Assembly: GCA_046570105.1 (NCBI GenBank)
Contig: JBKHVI010000001.1
Coordinates: 1 to 64,000 of the forward strand
Length of the DNA stretch: 64,000 bases
Origin: Bacteriovoracia bacterium
GTDB taxonomy: Bacteria > Bdellovibrionota > Bacteriovoracia > Bacteriovoracales > Bacteriovoracaceae
Direction: 5' to 3'
In this document: positions 21,420 to 30,620 of the stretch, one piece after another
Layout: each line of letters begins with the position of its first letter
Position numbering within the stretch: the stretch's first letter is position 1
Translations under genes and position numbers: made by a program
The notes under the pieces: generated by a model
The model's input: the letters and a program-made list of their open reading frames with translations, nothing else
What the model was told of the DNA's origin: nothing
Databases searched by the model: none

Positions 21420-22308
21420 ATGGGTTTACAAACCTAACAAGTATGAAAAGAAGCTAATGGAAGAAGATTCCCGCTTAGCCAATATTGCAATTGATTGCGC
21501 TATACTTGCTCAAGCGGCGATGACAATCCTGTATCTAACACCATTTCAACAACACAATAACGGCGATGCTTTTCGCCATTGTTTTTGGTCAGCCCTTATC
21601 TCCAATCGAACCAATCCAGATTGGGCACTGCTATGGACAACAGCACATGAAGAAATCCTGCCTACAGAAAACATAACCCGCATTATGGATTTGAAAAATA
21701 ATGCTGCCGGTATTCAGATTTTTAAAGAAAATCTCAAATCGAAAGAAAGTGATCTTATTTATTACTGTCTTGAAAAAATAAAAAATGGTGAGTTATCACG
21801 AATTGAAAATGGTACAATCGTACCCACGAATACAATTGGTTTTAATATCCCAAGTATTTTCTTTGCTATTTCTCAAAGAGCAGACGTGATTGTTTCCTAC
21901 TTATCTAGTTATCATTTTGACTCAATCAATGAAATCGATGGCGATATGAATTCAGCTCTTCATCGATGCATTCTAGATAATTATGAAGAAGGATTTAAAA
22001 TACTCTTAGATGTCATTGATGTTAATCGACGTGGAAGTTCAGACTTAACTCCATTAATGGTTAGCGCTGGCTGCCCCCATGGCGTTGAATATGCCCAGGC
22101 TTTGTTAAATCGTGGAGCAAATCCTAATTTACAAGAAAAATTTTACCTTGAAACGGCGCTCATAATTGCAGCAAGTTCTGGTGACAAACGAATGGTTGAA
22201 TTACTGATCCCCTTTTCAGATAAAAGCATTAAATCTAAAAATGGATTTAATGCCTATGACAAAGCTATGAATGAAGGGCATCTTGAAATAGCCAAATTGC
22301 TTCTTTGA
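21406..22308 (+). CDS. DAFRH-motif (DUF6973-like) domain fused to ankyrin repeats
   Basis: GDAFRHCFWSA..AHE..MDLKNNAAG, then SALH, TPLM, TALIIAA, NAYDKA ankyrin repeats. Confidence 0.7.
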   Translation: MSLSEWVYKPNKYEKKLMEEDSRLANIAIDCAILAQAAMTILYLTPFQQHNNGDAFRHCFWSALISNRTNPDWALLWTTAHEEILPTENITRIMDLKNNAAGIQIFKENLKSKESDLIYYCLEKIKNGELSRIENGTIVPTNTIGFNIPSIFFAISQRADVIVSYLSSYHFDSINEIDGDMNSALHRCILDNYEEGFKILLDVIDVNRRGSSDLTPLMVSAGCPHGVEYAQALLNRGANPNLQEKFYLETALIIAASSGDKRMVELLIPFSDKSIKSKNGFNAYDKAMNEGHLEIAKLLL

Positions 22309-22490
22309 TATTAGCTAAAAAGTGCCAGGTTCCATTTTTTAAATAAATTGCTACGTCCAATTTTTTCCTAAACGCGGTTCTTTTTTTCCAACTCACCACA
22401 CAGTCTCATTTATAAATTCCAGCACTTGCTCTTAAGATTTTTTCAACTCAACTTGCAAGTGAATGCTCCTAACCATCCAGAGGAGGATTC

Positions 22491-22856
22491 ATGTATAATG
22501 CCCTTCAGTACACCGAGCGTTTAGAGAAAGCAGGTTTCACCCGAGAAGAGGCTGAGGCTACAACCCACATGGTGCTAGAAACGATGACTGATAATTTTTC
22601 CACCAAAGATGATTTGAAACTAACTGAGCTGGCGCTTCGATCAGATATGAAAGTGATGGAGCAATCTATTCGCTCAGACATGAAAACGATGGAACAATCC
22701 ATTCGTGCCGACATGAAAATCATGGAACTGTCTCTGCGAGCAGAGATTCAAGAATTACGATCGGAGATGAAACAGATGGAATCTCGACTCACTCTTAAGC
22801 TGGGTGGTATGTTGATTGCTGCTATTGCAGTGATGGAATACTTACGTTCATCCTGA
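22491..22856 (+). CDS. DUF1640/CCDC90-like coiled-coil protein
   Basis: LEKAGFTREEAE, TKDDL, 11-aa repeats RSDMKxMEQSI, C-terminal LTLKLGGML anchor; GAGGAGG RBS. Confidence 0.8.
   Translation: MYNALQYTERLEKAGFTREEAEATTHMVLETMTDNFSTKDDLKLTELALRSDMKVMEQSIRSDMKTMEQSIRADMKIMELSLRAEIQELRSEMKQMESRLTLKLGGMLIAAIAVMEYLRSS
22638..22736 (+). repeat. 3 x 33-bp degenerate coding tandem repeat
   Basis: RSDMKVMEQSI / RSDMKTMEQSI / RADMKIMELSL. Confidence 0.85.
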
Positions 22857-22865
22857 GGGGTGAAC

Positions 22866-23261
22866 TTAGGGCGTTTGTTTGAATTTTTTTTCTTTCGAAT
22901 CAAAAGTCCAAACGATCTCTTTGCTTTTTTCTTTATTGATACTGGAGCTGTTGTAGCGATGCTTGAAGCGACTCCAGTCCCCTACTTTGATTGAATTGAT
23001 TTTTCCTTCCACTGAAACTAACGGCTTCCAGCAAGCTTTCTCCTGAAGAAGGAAGCTCACCTGACAGGAATCTTTGGTGCAACTTTGAGGAAGATACATC
23101 CATTGGCCAGCAAGAGAGCCGATTGTGATATTTTTGCGAATCAGAGCTTGGACTGGTTTTTCTTCATGACCCCACTCGTCTGCGTAATGGGCCCAAACGC
23201 TCTCTGCACTTGAAATACATTCCGCTGCCAAGACTTGAGTCGAGAGCAATAACCACAACAT
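22866..23261 (-). CDS. secreted hypothetical protein
   Basis: Short signal-like leader, 4 Cys; abuts upstream gene. Confidence 0.65.
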   Translation of the reverse strand: MLWLLLSTQVLAAECISSAESVWAHYADEWGHEEKPVQALIRKNITIGSLAGQWMYLPQSCTKDSCQVSFLLQEKACWKPLVSVEGKINSIKVGDWSRFKHRYNSSSINKEKSKEIVWTFDSKEKKFKQTP

Positions 23262-23930
23262 CTAGAGAACTTTGAAAAGATAGTTCAGCACCGTGAGACC
23301 CAAGCCAGAGACTACGGGAATGGTGAGGTTATCATCAATATTAAATGCCGAGAGCATTTCTGCAATTGAACCAATCACACCACCCAATATCGCAAACCAC
23401 AAAAGGTTTGTATTATCTGCGCCGTGAGCGATTCCGTAGAAGAGCGTCAGTAGATAACAGGTAAAGAAACAGGCGATGGCACCTTGTAGTGATTTATTCG
23501 GCATGATCTTGTCTTTGCCATAAATGATGCCGAAGAAAGAAGAGATCGGATCAGCAAAAACCAAAAACATGGTGGCGAGCAGGGCAACTTTTGGTTGGAA
23601 AAGTAAAAGTGCTAAGGAAACGCCTAAAGCATAAAACGGTAGGCCAGATAAACCGTTTTGCTCAGATGTCCGCATAAATGGACCCATTAAACGAATAACG
23701 ATGTCATTAAGACCTGACCAGCGCGCACGGGCAAAATCAATGGCAAAGCCAGTAATGGCGATACCTAAAATTGTCCAACCCCAAGCCGACGTTTCAAACG
23801 AGGTTAAGTAGTAGAGAACCAGACACGCCGTTCCACTTCCCATGTGCCAAATCTTACGTAAGAGGTGAAGATCGGAACGAAGGGCCTTAACACGACCAAG
23901 AGGACTCACAACAGATTGACTAAGAGACAT
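23262..23930 (-). CDS. CTP-dependent diacylglycerol/polyprenol (phytol/dolichol) kinase family membrane protein
   Basis: RKIWH, ADPISSFFG, NKSLQG, IDDNLTIP. Confidence 0.85.
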   Translation of the reverse strand: MSLSQSVVSPLGRVKALRSDLHLLRKIWHMGSGTACLVLYYLTSFETSAWGWTILGIAITGFAIDFARARWSGLNDIVIRLMGPFMRTSEQNGLSGLPFYALGVSLALLLFQPKVALLATMFLVFADPISSFFGIIYGKDKIMPNKSLQGAIACFFTCYLLTLFYGIAHGADNTNLLWFAILGGVIGSIAEMLSAFNIDDNLTIPVVSGLGLTVLNYLFKVL

Positions 23931-24126
23931 TACGACCGCCAATAAACTAAATAAAAAACGTTCTAATCTCACTGAATCTTACAAAGTGTTCACTTTAAGG
24001 ATTTTAACTCAGCCAGTCTACCCTAAAGCAAGACGAGCTTTCTCAAGTCCTGCATTTTCTAGTAATTACGCTCTTTCTGAATGGGCCACTCACTCGGTAT
24101 AATGCTGGATAACAAGGAAGTGAGAT

Positions 24127-25077
24127 ATGGCCGAAGGCTTCAATGAAGCTGGCTTGGGCGCTGGATTTTTAGGCGCCGGATCCAATAAAAAAGTTTGGGC
24201 CATTGGTGGCGGTAAAGGTGGCGTGGGCAAGAGTCTTGTCACGGCCAACATTTCTATTTGCTTGGCCTTAATGGGTTACAAAGTTGTCGCCGTAGATTTG
24301 GATTTAGGTGGCGCCAATCTTCATACATGTTTAGGACTTCCAATACCTGAACTCACTCTTTCAGATTACGTTTCAAAAAAAGTGACCAACTTCGAAGACT
24401 TGTTGGTGAAAACTCCCATCACCAATTTAATGATTGTTTCAGGTGCACAAGATGAGATTGGTATCGCCAACCTCAAGCACATGCACAAAAACAAAATCAT
24501 CTCAAAATTGCATGAACTCAATGCTGACTTCATTCTGTTCGATCTTGGTGCCGGAACATCTTTCAACACGGTTGATTTTTTTATCACCGCTGATAAAGGA
24601 ATTCTGGTCTCGTTGCCTGAGCCAACTTCTATCGAAAACACTTACCGCTTTATCAAGACGGTGTATTACCGTCGTTTGAAAATGTTGGAAGGATTCTTGG
24701 ATATTGAGCCGCTCATCAATCAAGCGATGAATGCCAAGCTCTCATCGCCTAATAGCTCTCCGACAGATATGGTGAGAAAGGTGATTGAGATCAATCCTCA
24801 AATGGGCATGCGCCTAAAACAAGAGATCGCACGTTTTCAACCATCAATGATTTTGAATCAAGTCCGCAGCCAAGCGGATATTGATATTGGTTTTTCTATT
24901 CAAAGTGTTTGCCGTCGTTATTTTGGGATTGAGATGGATTATGTGGGTTACCTCGATCACGACGCAGCCGTTTGGCAGTCTGTGAAGAAACGTCGCCCAC
25001 TTTTGATGGAATCGCCTAACTCAAAATTGGTTCACCATTTTGATCGAATTGTTCACCGTTTGCTCGGTGTTTCGTAA
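24127..25077 (+). CDS. MinD/FlhG-like P-loop ATPase
   Basis: GGKGGVGKS deviant Walker A, DLDLGGANLH, DLGAGTS, PEPTSIENTY. Confidence 0.9.
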   Translation: MAEGFNEAGLGAGFLGAGSNKKVWAIGGGKGGVGKSLVTANISICLALMGYKVVAVDLDLGGANLHTCLGLPIPELTLSDYVSKKVTNFEDLLVKTPITNLMIVSGAQDEIGIANLKHMHKNKIISKLHELNADFILFDLGAGTSFNTVDFFITADKGILVSLPEPTSIENTYRFIKTVYYRRLKMLEGFLDIEPLINQAMNAKLSSPNSSPTDMVRKVIEINPQMGMRLKQEIARFQPSMILNQVRSQADIDIGFSIQSVCRRYFGIEMDYVGYLDHDAAVWQSVKKRRPLLMESPNSKLVHHFDRIVHRLLGVS

Positions 25078-25089
25078 AAGGATCGCTCC

Positions 25090-25839
25090 ATGGATACGGA
25101 AAAAAGAAATTATTACGAAGTACTAGAGATTCCCATCGGAGCTAGTCCACAAGAAATCGAGCGCGCTTACACACGCGCCCGCAATGCTTATTCGGGTGAT
25201 TCAGTCGCACTCTACTCGCTCATGTCGAGTGATGAGTGTGCCGCCATTCTTAATCAAATCGAAGAAGCCTACAGTGTTCTGGGTTTTCCTGAGAAACGTC
25301 GTGAGTATGATCGGATTCGAGGTTTCAATTCAACTCCTAAAAATCCATTTGAAGAAACCTACAGTACTCCCTCTCTCTCAAGACCCGTGCCACGTCCTCA
25401 GCCGAGCATGGAAACATTTCAAGAAAATCCGGCTCAAATTACCCAAGACACCACACGACCTAATTTTCAGTACGAAGACTACGGCTCGAATATTCAGGAA
25501 GCCAAAGTTTCTAAGGTACAGGCCCTCAAGAAATTTGGACTTGATTACACCGTTGATCCCATGATGGAACAAAAGATCGAGCAATCAACTGAGTTCACTG
25601 GAGCTTATTTGCGCCAAATTCGTGAATACAAAAGTGTTCCGATGGAGCGCTTAGTTGAGATGACTCGTATTTCGCGCACGCAATTGGAAGCGATTGAGAA
25701 TGACAATATCGCCAAGCTGCCAGCCGATGCCTACACCCGCGGATTTGTTGCTCAATATGCGAAGGTTTTAAAACTAAATCCTGATTTAGTGGCGACATCT
25801 TATCTTCATCACATCAAACGCCTCAAGGGCATGAAGTAA
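25090..25839 (+). CDS. J-like domain + C-terminal RodZ-type HTH protein
   Basis: NYYEVLEI..IEEAYSVL..KRREYD at N-terminus; GAYLRQIRE..LEAIE..YTRGFVAQYAKVLKL at C-terminus. Confidence 0.8.
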   Translation: MDTEKRNYYEVLEIPIGASPQEIERAYTRARNAYSGDSVALYSLMSSDECAAILNQIEEAYSVLGFPEKRREYDRIRGFNSTPKNPFEETYSTPSLSRPVPRPQPSMETFQENPAQITQDTTRPNFQYEDYGSNIQEAKVSKVQALKKFGLDYTVDPMMEQKIEQSTEFTGAYLRQIREYKSVPMERLVEMTRISRTQLEAIENDNIAKLPADAYTRGFVAQYAKVLKLNPDLVATSYLHHIKRLKGMK

Positions 25840-25841
25840 GC

Positions 25842-26822
25842 ATGACGGGACCTCAAGCCATGGAAGAGGTCGAGGCCCGTGTTTTTTTGGTCACATCCCT
25901 TGATCGTGAACAATTTAGACGCCTCGATCATTGGTTAGTCGCAAAACTTCCCGATCTCTCTCGCAGCACGATCAGACGACTTTTTGATGACGGTAATATT
26001 ACCACGCTCGATGGACGTAATCTCTCTCTCAACAAAATGCCTCCTGAGAAAAGCGAAGTGGAAGTGGAAGTTCCACCGCCATTACCAACGGAGTTGGCCG
26101 CGCAAAATATCCCGCTGGAAATTTTGTTCGAAGATTCCCATCTTATTATTCTCGTGAAGCCCGCGGGTCTCTGCGTACACCCAGCGCCTGGCCACCCTGA
26201 CAATACTTTGGTCAATGCTATTCTCTTTCATTGTCCCGATCTTGCGGGCATTGGCGGAGAGAAGCGACCAGGGATCGTTCACCGACTTGATCTAGGAACT
26301 TCAGGAGTCATGGTGGTGGCCAAAACTCAAGCCGCTCACGAAGGACTGGTGCAACTTTTCTCAAAGCACGATATCGAACGCGCCTATGAAGCCATTGTTT
26401 GGGGCACACCTAAATCACTTTCTGGAAAAATCGAAACATTTATCGCCCGCCACTCGCAGCATCGTCAAAAGATGAGCTGCAGTGTGAAGTTCGGAAAAAA
26501 GGCGATTTCTTATTACAAGGTTTTAAAGAAAGGTGTGCAGCTCACCCACATGGAGTTTCGTTTGGAAACCGGTCGCACTCATCAAATTCGTGTGCATGCT
26601 TCGCAATTTCTGCAAACGCCTCTATTGTGCGATCCCCTTTATGCAGACGTGCCTCACCAATTAAAGCGTCTGGATGAAAAACAATTAGAGCTTATTAAAG
26701 CTTGGCCCCACCAGTTGTTGCACGCGAAAATCTTAGGCTTTAAACATCCCATTACCGGTGAAGCGTTGCGCTTCGAAGCACCGCTACCGACTCCTATGCG
26801 AGAAGTGATGGAGTCACTATGA
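25842..26822 (+). CDS. rluD: RluA family 23S rRNA pseudouridine synthase
   Basis: S4 domain, KPAGLCVHP, GIVHRLDLGTSG, LETGRTHQIRVH; next to pgeF. Confidence 0.9.
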   Translation: MTGPQAMEEVEARVFLVTSLDREQFRRLDHWLVAKLPDLSRSTIRRLFDDGNITTLDGRNLSLNKMPPEKSEVEVEVPPPLPTELAAQNIPLEILFEDSHLIILVKPAGLCVHPAPGHPDNTLVNAILFHCPDLAGIGGEKRPGIVHRLDLGTSGVMVVAKTQAAHEGLVQLFSKHDIERAYEAIVWGTPKSLSGKIETFIARHSQHRQKMSCSVKFGKKAISYYKVLKKGVQLTHMEFRLETGRTHQIRVHASQFLQTPLLCDPLYADVPHQLKRLDEKQLELIKAWPHQLLHAKILGFKHPITGEALRFEAPLPTPMREVMESL

Positions 26823-27406
26823 AGACACTCTTTGAAAAAAAACTCTCCTTCGGCTGGTTTAGATCTCTCGACAGCAAACCTAGTGAAGCCGTTTTTCATG
26901 TGCACCAGACGCATTCTAATCGTGTTTTAGCTGTCACAACGGCGAATCTTTCAGAACAGGAAGCCGATGGACTCGTCTCTAAAGTGCCTGTCGCAATGGC
27001 GATTAAGACAGCCGACTGCTTGCCCATTTATCTGGCCAGTGAATCAGGAGTTGCGCTTTTGCATGCTGGTTGGCGTGGACTTGCTGGCAACATTATCAGT
27101 GCGCCAGAAGTTATCGCCATCAAACCAACTGAAGCCTTTATTGGCCCCTGCATTCGCGTTTGTTGTTTTGAAGTGACTGAAGAATTCAAACAGCACTTCC
27201 CTTATACCCCGGTGACAAAAAACTCCGAGGGGAAGCTGCGCTTTGATTTGGTGGCCGAGGCTTATCGTCAGCTTCATGAGCACTATCCCTGGATCAAGGT
27301 CACAGATTCAGGAGACTGTACGTGTTGTAATAATAAATATCCCAGTTTTCGACGCGACAAGACCACACAACGTATTTGGAATCTGTTCGTCCCGCTGGCA
27401 CAATAG
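26819..27406 (+). CDS. pgeF: PgeF/YfiH polyphenol oxidase (laccase-domain) family protein
   Basis: QTHS, TADCLP, HAGWRG, GPCI..CCFEV, SFRR. Confidence 0.88.
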   Translation: MKTLFEKKLSFGWFRSLDSKPSEAVFHVHQTHSNRVLAVTTANLSEQEADGLVSKVPVAMAIKTADCLPIYLASESGVALLHAGWRGLAGNIISAPEVIAIKPTEAFIGPCIRVCCFEVTEEFKQHFPYTPVTKNSEGKLRFDLVAEAYRQLHEHYPWIKVTDSGDCTCCNNKYPSFRRDKTTQRIWNLFVPLAQ

Positions 27407-27428
27407 GAAGCAACAAAGGATTGGTTTT

Positions 27429-28571
27429 ATGGATAAAAAAGGTCTCACTCTGCAAGGTATGACGGGTATGCATGCTCTTCATATTTTGAATGCAATCTTC
27501 ATGGTCGGCACGGGAATTTATCTCACCACCCATTACTACGATACACTTTTTCCAACTCAACTTGGCAGTGCCAGCACGCTTTGCGATGTTTCGGCTTTCT
27601 GGAATTGTGACGTGGCCACACATTCACCCATTGCGGCCCTGGCTGGAGTACCTATTGCATTCTTCGGATTGCTTCATGGATTGTTGCTATTGAGTTCTTC
27701 GATGTTTCCGTCAGAGGCGCAGGAAAAAACTTGCAGTGCTGTCTCTAAAGTCAATGCCATTGGTTGCCTTGCCCTTATGAGCTACTCACTCATCGCTCTC
27801 GGTGGCCTATGCCCAGTGTGCACAATTTATTACGTGCTCAGCTTTTTGGCGGCATTTTTATATATGCGCTTTGGTCTCAACTCATGGATGCCAGATGTAA
27901 AGATTTCTGGAATCTGGTTGGTGATTCTGTTGGCCTCTTCTGTTGGTTTTAATCGTTTCACTGCTGGAAAAGTTGAAAAGCAGACAACTCTTTCAGCAGG
28001 TGTGATCGAGCAGTTCAAAAAACTAGCCGATTACGGTGACCCAGAACCTGTTTCAAATTTCCGCATCCATTCAGCGACGGAAAAATTCGCAGATGCACCG
28101 ATTCGTGTCAGCGTTTTCTCTGATTTTCAATGTCCATTCTGTAAAATCGTTGCCGAACAAGTTCCTCAACTGGTTCGTCGTTACGGTAAGCAAATTAACG
28201 TACAGTATTTCTTCTATCCGCTCGATAGTGCCTGTAACGCTAGCGTGAAGAGCGCCATGCACCAGTACGCTTGTCGAGCAGCTGAGCTAGCTGCTTGTGA
28301 TCCTACGAAATTTGTCGAAATCCACGACGAGATCTTTGCCAAGCAAGAAGGCCTGAACTACGACGTTTTAAAAGCCATTGCTGATAAGCACGGTCTCACA
28401 AAATGTTTTGAAGATCGTTCGGCACGCGACGCTGTATTGGCCTCAATCAATGGAGCCTCGAAGTTTAATCTTCGCAGCACTCCGACGATTATTATTAATG
28501 GCCGCAAGATTGAAGGATCGATTCCTAATCCTCAATTCCATGCCATCTTTGATGAGTTGTTGAAAAAATGA
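27429..28571 (+). CDS. VKOR domain fused to DsbA-like thioredoxin
   Basis: C..C loop and CPVC in the membrane part; FSDFQCPFC and STPT in the soluble part. Confidence 0.88.
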   Translation: MDKKGLTLQGMTGMHALHILNAIFMVGTGIYLTTHYYDTLFPTQLGSASTLCDVSAFWNCDVATHSPIAALAGVPIAFFGLLHGLLLLSSSMFPSEAQEKTCSAVSKVNAIGCLALMSYSLIALGGLCPVCTIYYVLSFLAAFLYMRFGLNSWMPDVKISGIWLVILLASSVGFNRFTAGKVEKQTTLSAGVIEQFKKLADYGDPEPVSNFRIHSATEKFADAPIRVSVFSDFQCPFCKIVAEQVPQLVRRYGKQINVQYFFYPLDSACNASVKSAMHQYACRAAELAACDPTKFVEIHDEIFAKQEGLNYDVLKAIADKHGLTKCFEDRSARDAVLASINGASKFNLRSTPTIIINGRKIEGSIPNPQFHAIFDELLKK

Positions 28572-29338
28572 AAATCGCTGAGACTCACTGCCACCTCGAC
28601 TATCTGAAAGACCGCCCACTGGCGGAAACTTTAAGACTGTGCGCGGAGGCAGGAGTCGAAAAGCTCGTCACCATTGGTGTTGACCCGGATAATTTAGATG
28701 GAGTGATGGCACTGGCCGAATCCCATTCACAAATTTGGTGCACCCAAGGCATTCATCCTCACGATGCAAAAGCCGTTACCGATGATGTACTGACAAAAAT
28801 TCAAAGTCGCGCTCATCACCCAAAAGTGGTGGCGATTGGTGAAATCGGTCTTGATTACTATTACAACAATTCTCCCAAAGACGTGCAGCTCAAATACTTT
28901 CGCGCTCAACTCGAAATTGCCGCCGCTTGTGACAAACCTATCGTTATTCACTCTCGGGATGCCGACGAAGATATGATGGCTTTTCTAAAAGAATTCGGAC
29001 CAAAGCTCAAAAAGAAAGGTGTGGTTCATAGTTTTTCTTCTGGCCTGGAGTTGGCGCAGACAGCTTTGGATCAGGGATTTTTTCTCGGCTTCAATGGCAT
29101 GATTACCTTCCCTAAAGCAGAAAATGTCCGCGATGCCGTGAGGCTTTGTCCTGCCGAGCGGATTTTAGTGGAAACTGACAGCCCTTTTCTTACGCCGGTG
29201 CCTCACCGTGGAAAAGAAAATGCACCCTTTTATTTGCCCTTTGTGGTGCAAAAAATAGCCGAGCTGAAGAGTATGTCGGTGGAAGATTTAGGGAATCAGG
29301 TCTGGCGAAATGCTCATACGCTCTTCGGATTGATCTAG
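28568..29338 (+). CDS. tatD: TatD family hydrolase
   Basis: THCHL, GIHPH, IGEIGLDYY, IHSRDA, ETDSPFL. Confidence 0.93.
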   Translation: MKIAETHCHLDYLKDRPLAETLRLCAEAGVEKLVTIGVDPDNLDGVMALAESHSQIWCTQGIHPHDAKAVTDDVLTKIQSRAHHPKVVAIGEIGLDYYYNNSPKDVQLKYFRAQLEIAAACDKPIVIHSRDADEDMMAFLKEFGPKLKKKGVVHSFSSGLELAQTALDQGFFLGFNGMITFPKAENVRDAVRLCPAERILVETDSPFLTPVPHRGKENAPFYLPFVVQKIAELKSMSVEDLGNQVWRNAHTLFGLI

Positions 29339-29404
29339 GCCCGTAGTTGCGCGCGCACCCATAATCACCAAAAGTACTGTCAAAATGATAAAAGTTAGCC
29401 TCAT
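29288..29404 (-). CDS. candidate 38-aa hydrophobic small protein (absent from ORF track)
   Basis: MRLTFIILTVLLVIMGARATTGLDQSEERMSISPDLIP, preceded by GGGAGGCGAGAGAGGG; overlaps tatD 3' end. Confidence 0.4.
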   Translation of the reverse strand: MRLTFIILTVLLVIMGARATTGLDQSEERMSISPDLIP

Positions 29405-29588
29405 GCGAACCCTCTCTCGCCTCCCAGTTTACCAATCTAGGTAAAAACTAAAGGCCGGGTAGTTTCTGCCCAATGCTGCCCCGCAATAACCCTACCCAAT
29501 TTGTGGCTTCCGTGGCATTTTGCAGGAACATTTTTTCTATCGTCATTGATTCATTCTCACCTCTCTCGAGGTGTCTTAAGGAGTCCTC

Positions 29589-30611
29589 ATGAAAAGCGTT
29601 AAAATTGGTATCAACGGTATGGGCCGAATTGGTCGCACAATCTTGCGTGAATTGGTTAAGCGTCAACACAAAGGCATCGATCTTCATATCGAAGTTGTGG
29701 CGGTTAATAATCCAGGTAACCCTGATCCTTACGTTCATCTTTTACGTTATGACTCTCTTCACGGAAAACTTCCTGTTGAGGCGACCATCAATGGCGACAC
29801 AATTACTGTAGGCGGAAAGAAAATTAAATTTTTCGGAATTAAGAGCCCAGCGGAAATTCCTTGGGACTCACTTGGTGTTGAAGTTGTTATCGATGCTACC
29901 GGTATCTTCAAAGACAAGCAGGGACTTTCTCAGCACATTCGCGGCTCAGTGAAGAAAGCTATCATGTGTGCTCCAGGAAAAGATCTTGATGGAACTTTCG
30001 TTATGGGCATCAACCACGACAAGTATGACTCGGCTAAACATCACATCATCTCAAACGCCAGCTGTACGACGAACTGTCTAGCTCCGATTGTAAAAGTTTT
30101 GAACGACACATTCGGAATTGAGAATGGTTTCATGACGACTGTCCATGCTTATACATCTGATCAAAACATTCTTGATAACTCTCACACAGACATGCGTCGT
30201 GCACGTGCAGCTGCTGTCAGTATGATTCCTACTTCAACAGGTGCGGCTAAAGCTTTAGGTGATGTGATTCCAGAAATGACAGGCAAGCTTGATGGCTACG
30301 CCGTTCGTGTTCCGACTCCTGATGTTTCCATGGTTGACCTCACTGTTAACCTCACTAAAGCTGCTGATAAGAAATCTATCAATGCAGCTATGAAAGAAGC
30401 CAGTCAGGGATACTTGAAAGGCGTCTTGGGTTACACCGAGGAAGAATTAGTCTCTGTCGATTTCATGGGTGCACCGGAATCATCTATTTTTGATTCAAAA
30501 CTCACTAACGTCATCGGTAAAACGGCGAAAGTCGTCAGCTGGTACGATAACGAAGTCGGCTTTTCTAACCGTGTGATCGATCTCGCAAACTTTGTGGGCC
30601 AAAAGCTCTAA
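29589..30611 (+). CDS. gap: glyceraldehyde-3-phosphate dehydrogenase type I
   Basis: GINGMGRIGR, SNASCTTNCLAP, WYDNE. Confidence 0.98.
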   Translation: MKSVKIGINGMGRIGRTILRELVKRQHKGIDLHIEVVAVNNPGNPDPYVHLLRYDSLHGKLPVEATINGDTITVGGKKIKFFGIKSPAEIPWDSLGVEVVIDATGIFKDKQGLSQHIRGSVKKAIMCAPGKDLDGTFVMGINHDKYDSAKHHIISNASCTTNCLAPIVKVLNDTFGIENGFMTTVHAYTSDQNILDNSHTDMRRARAAAVSMIPTSTGAAKALGDVIPEMTGKLDGYAVRVPTPDVSMVDLTVNLTKAADKKSINAAMKEASQGYLKGVLGYTEEELVSVDFMGAPESSIFDSKLTNVIGKTAKVVSWYDNEVGFSNRVIDLANFVGQKL

Positions 30612-30620
30612 GGATTATTT

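Noticed and set aside
27429..28571. VKOR-thioredoxin fusion as a novelty
   Set aside because: An already described disulfide-formation architecture
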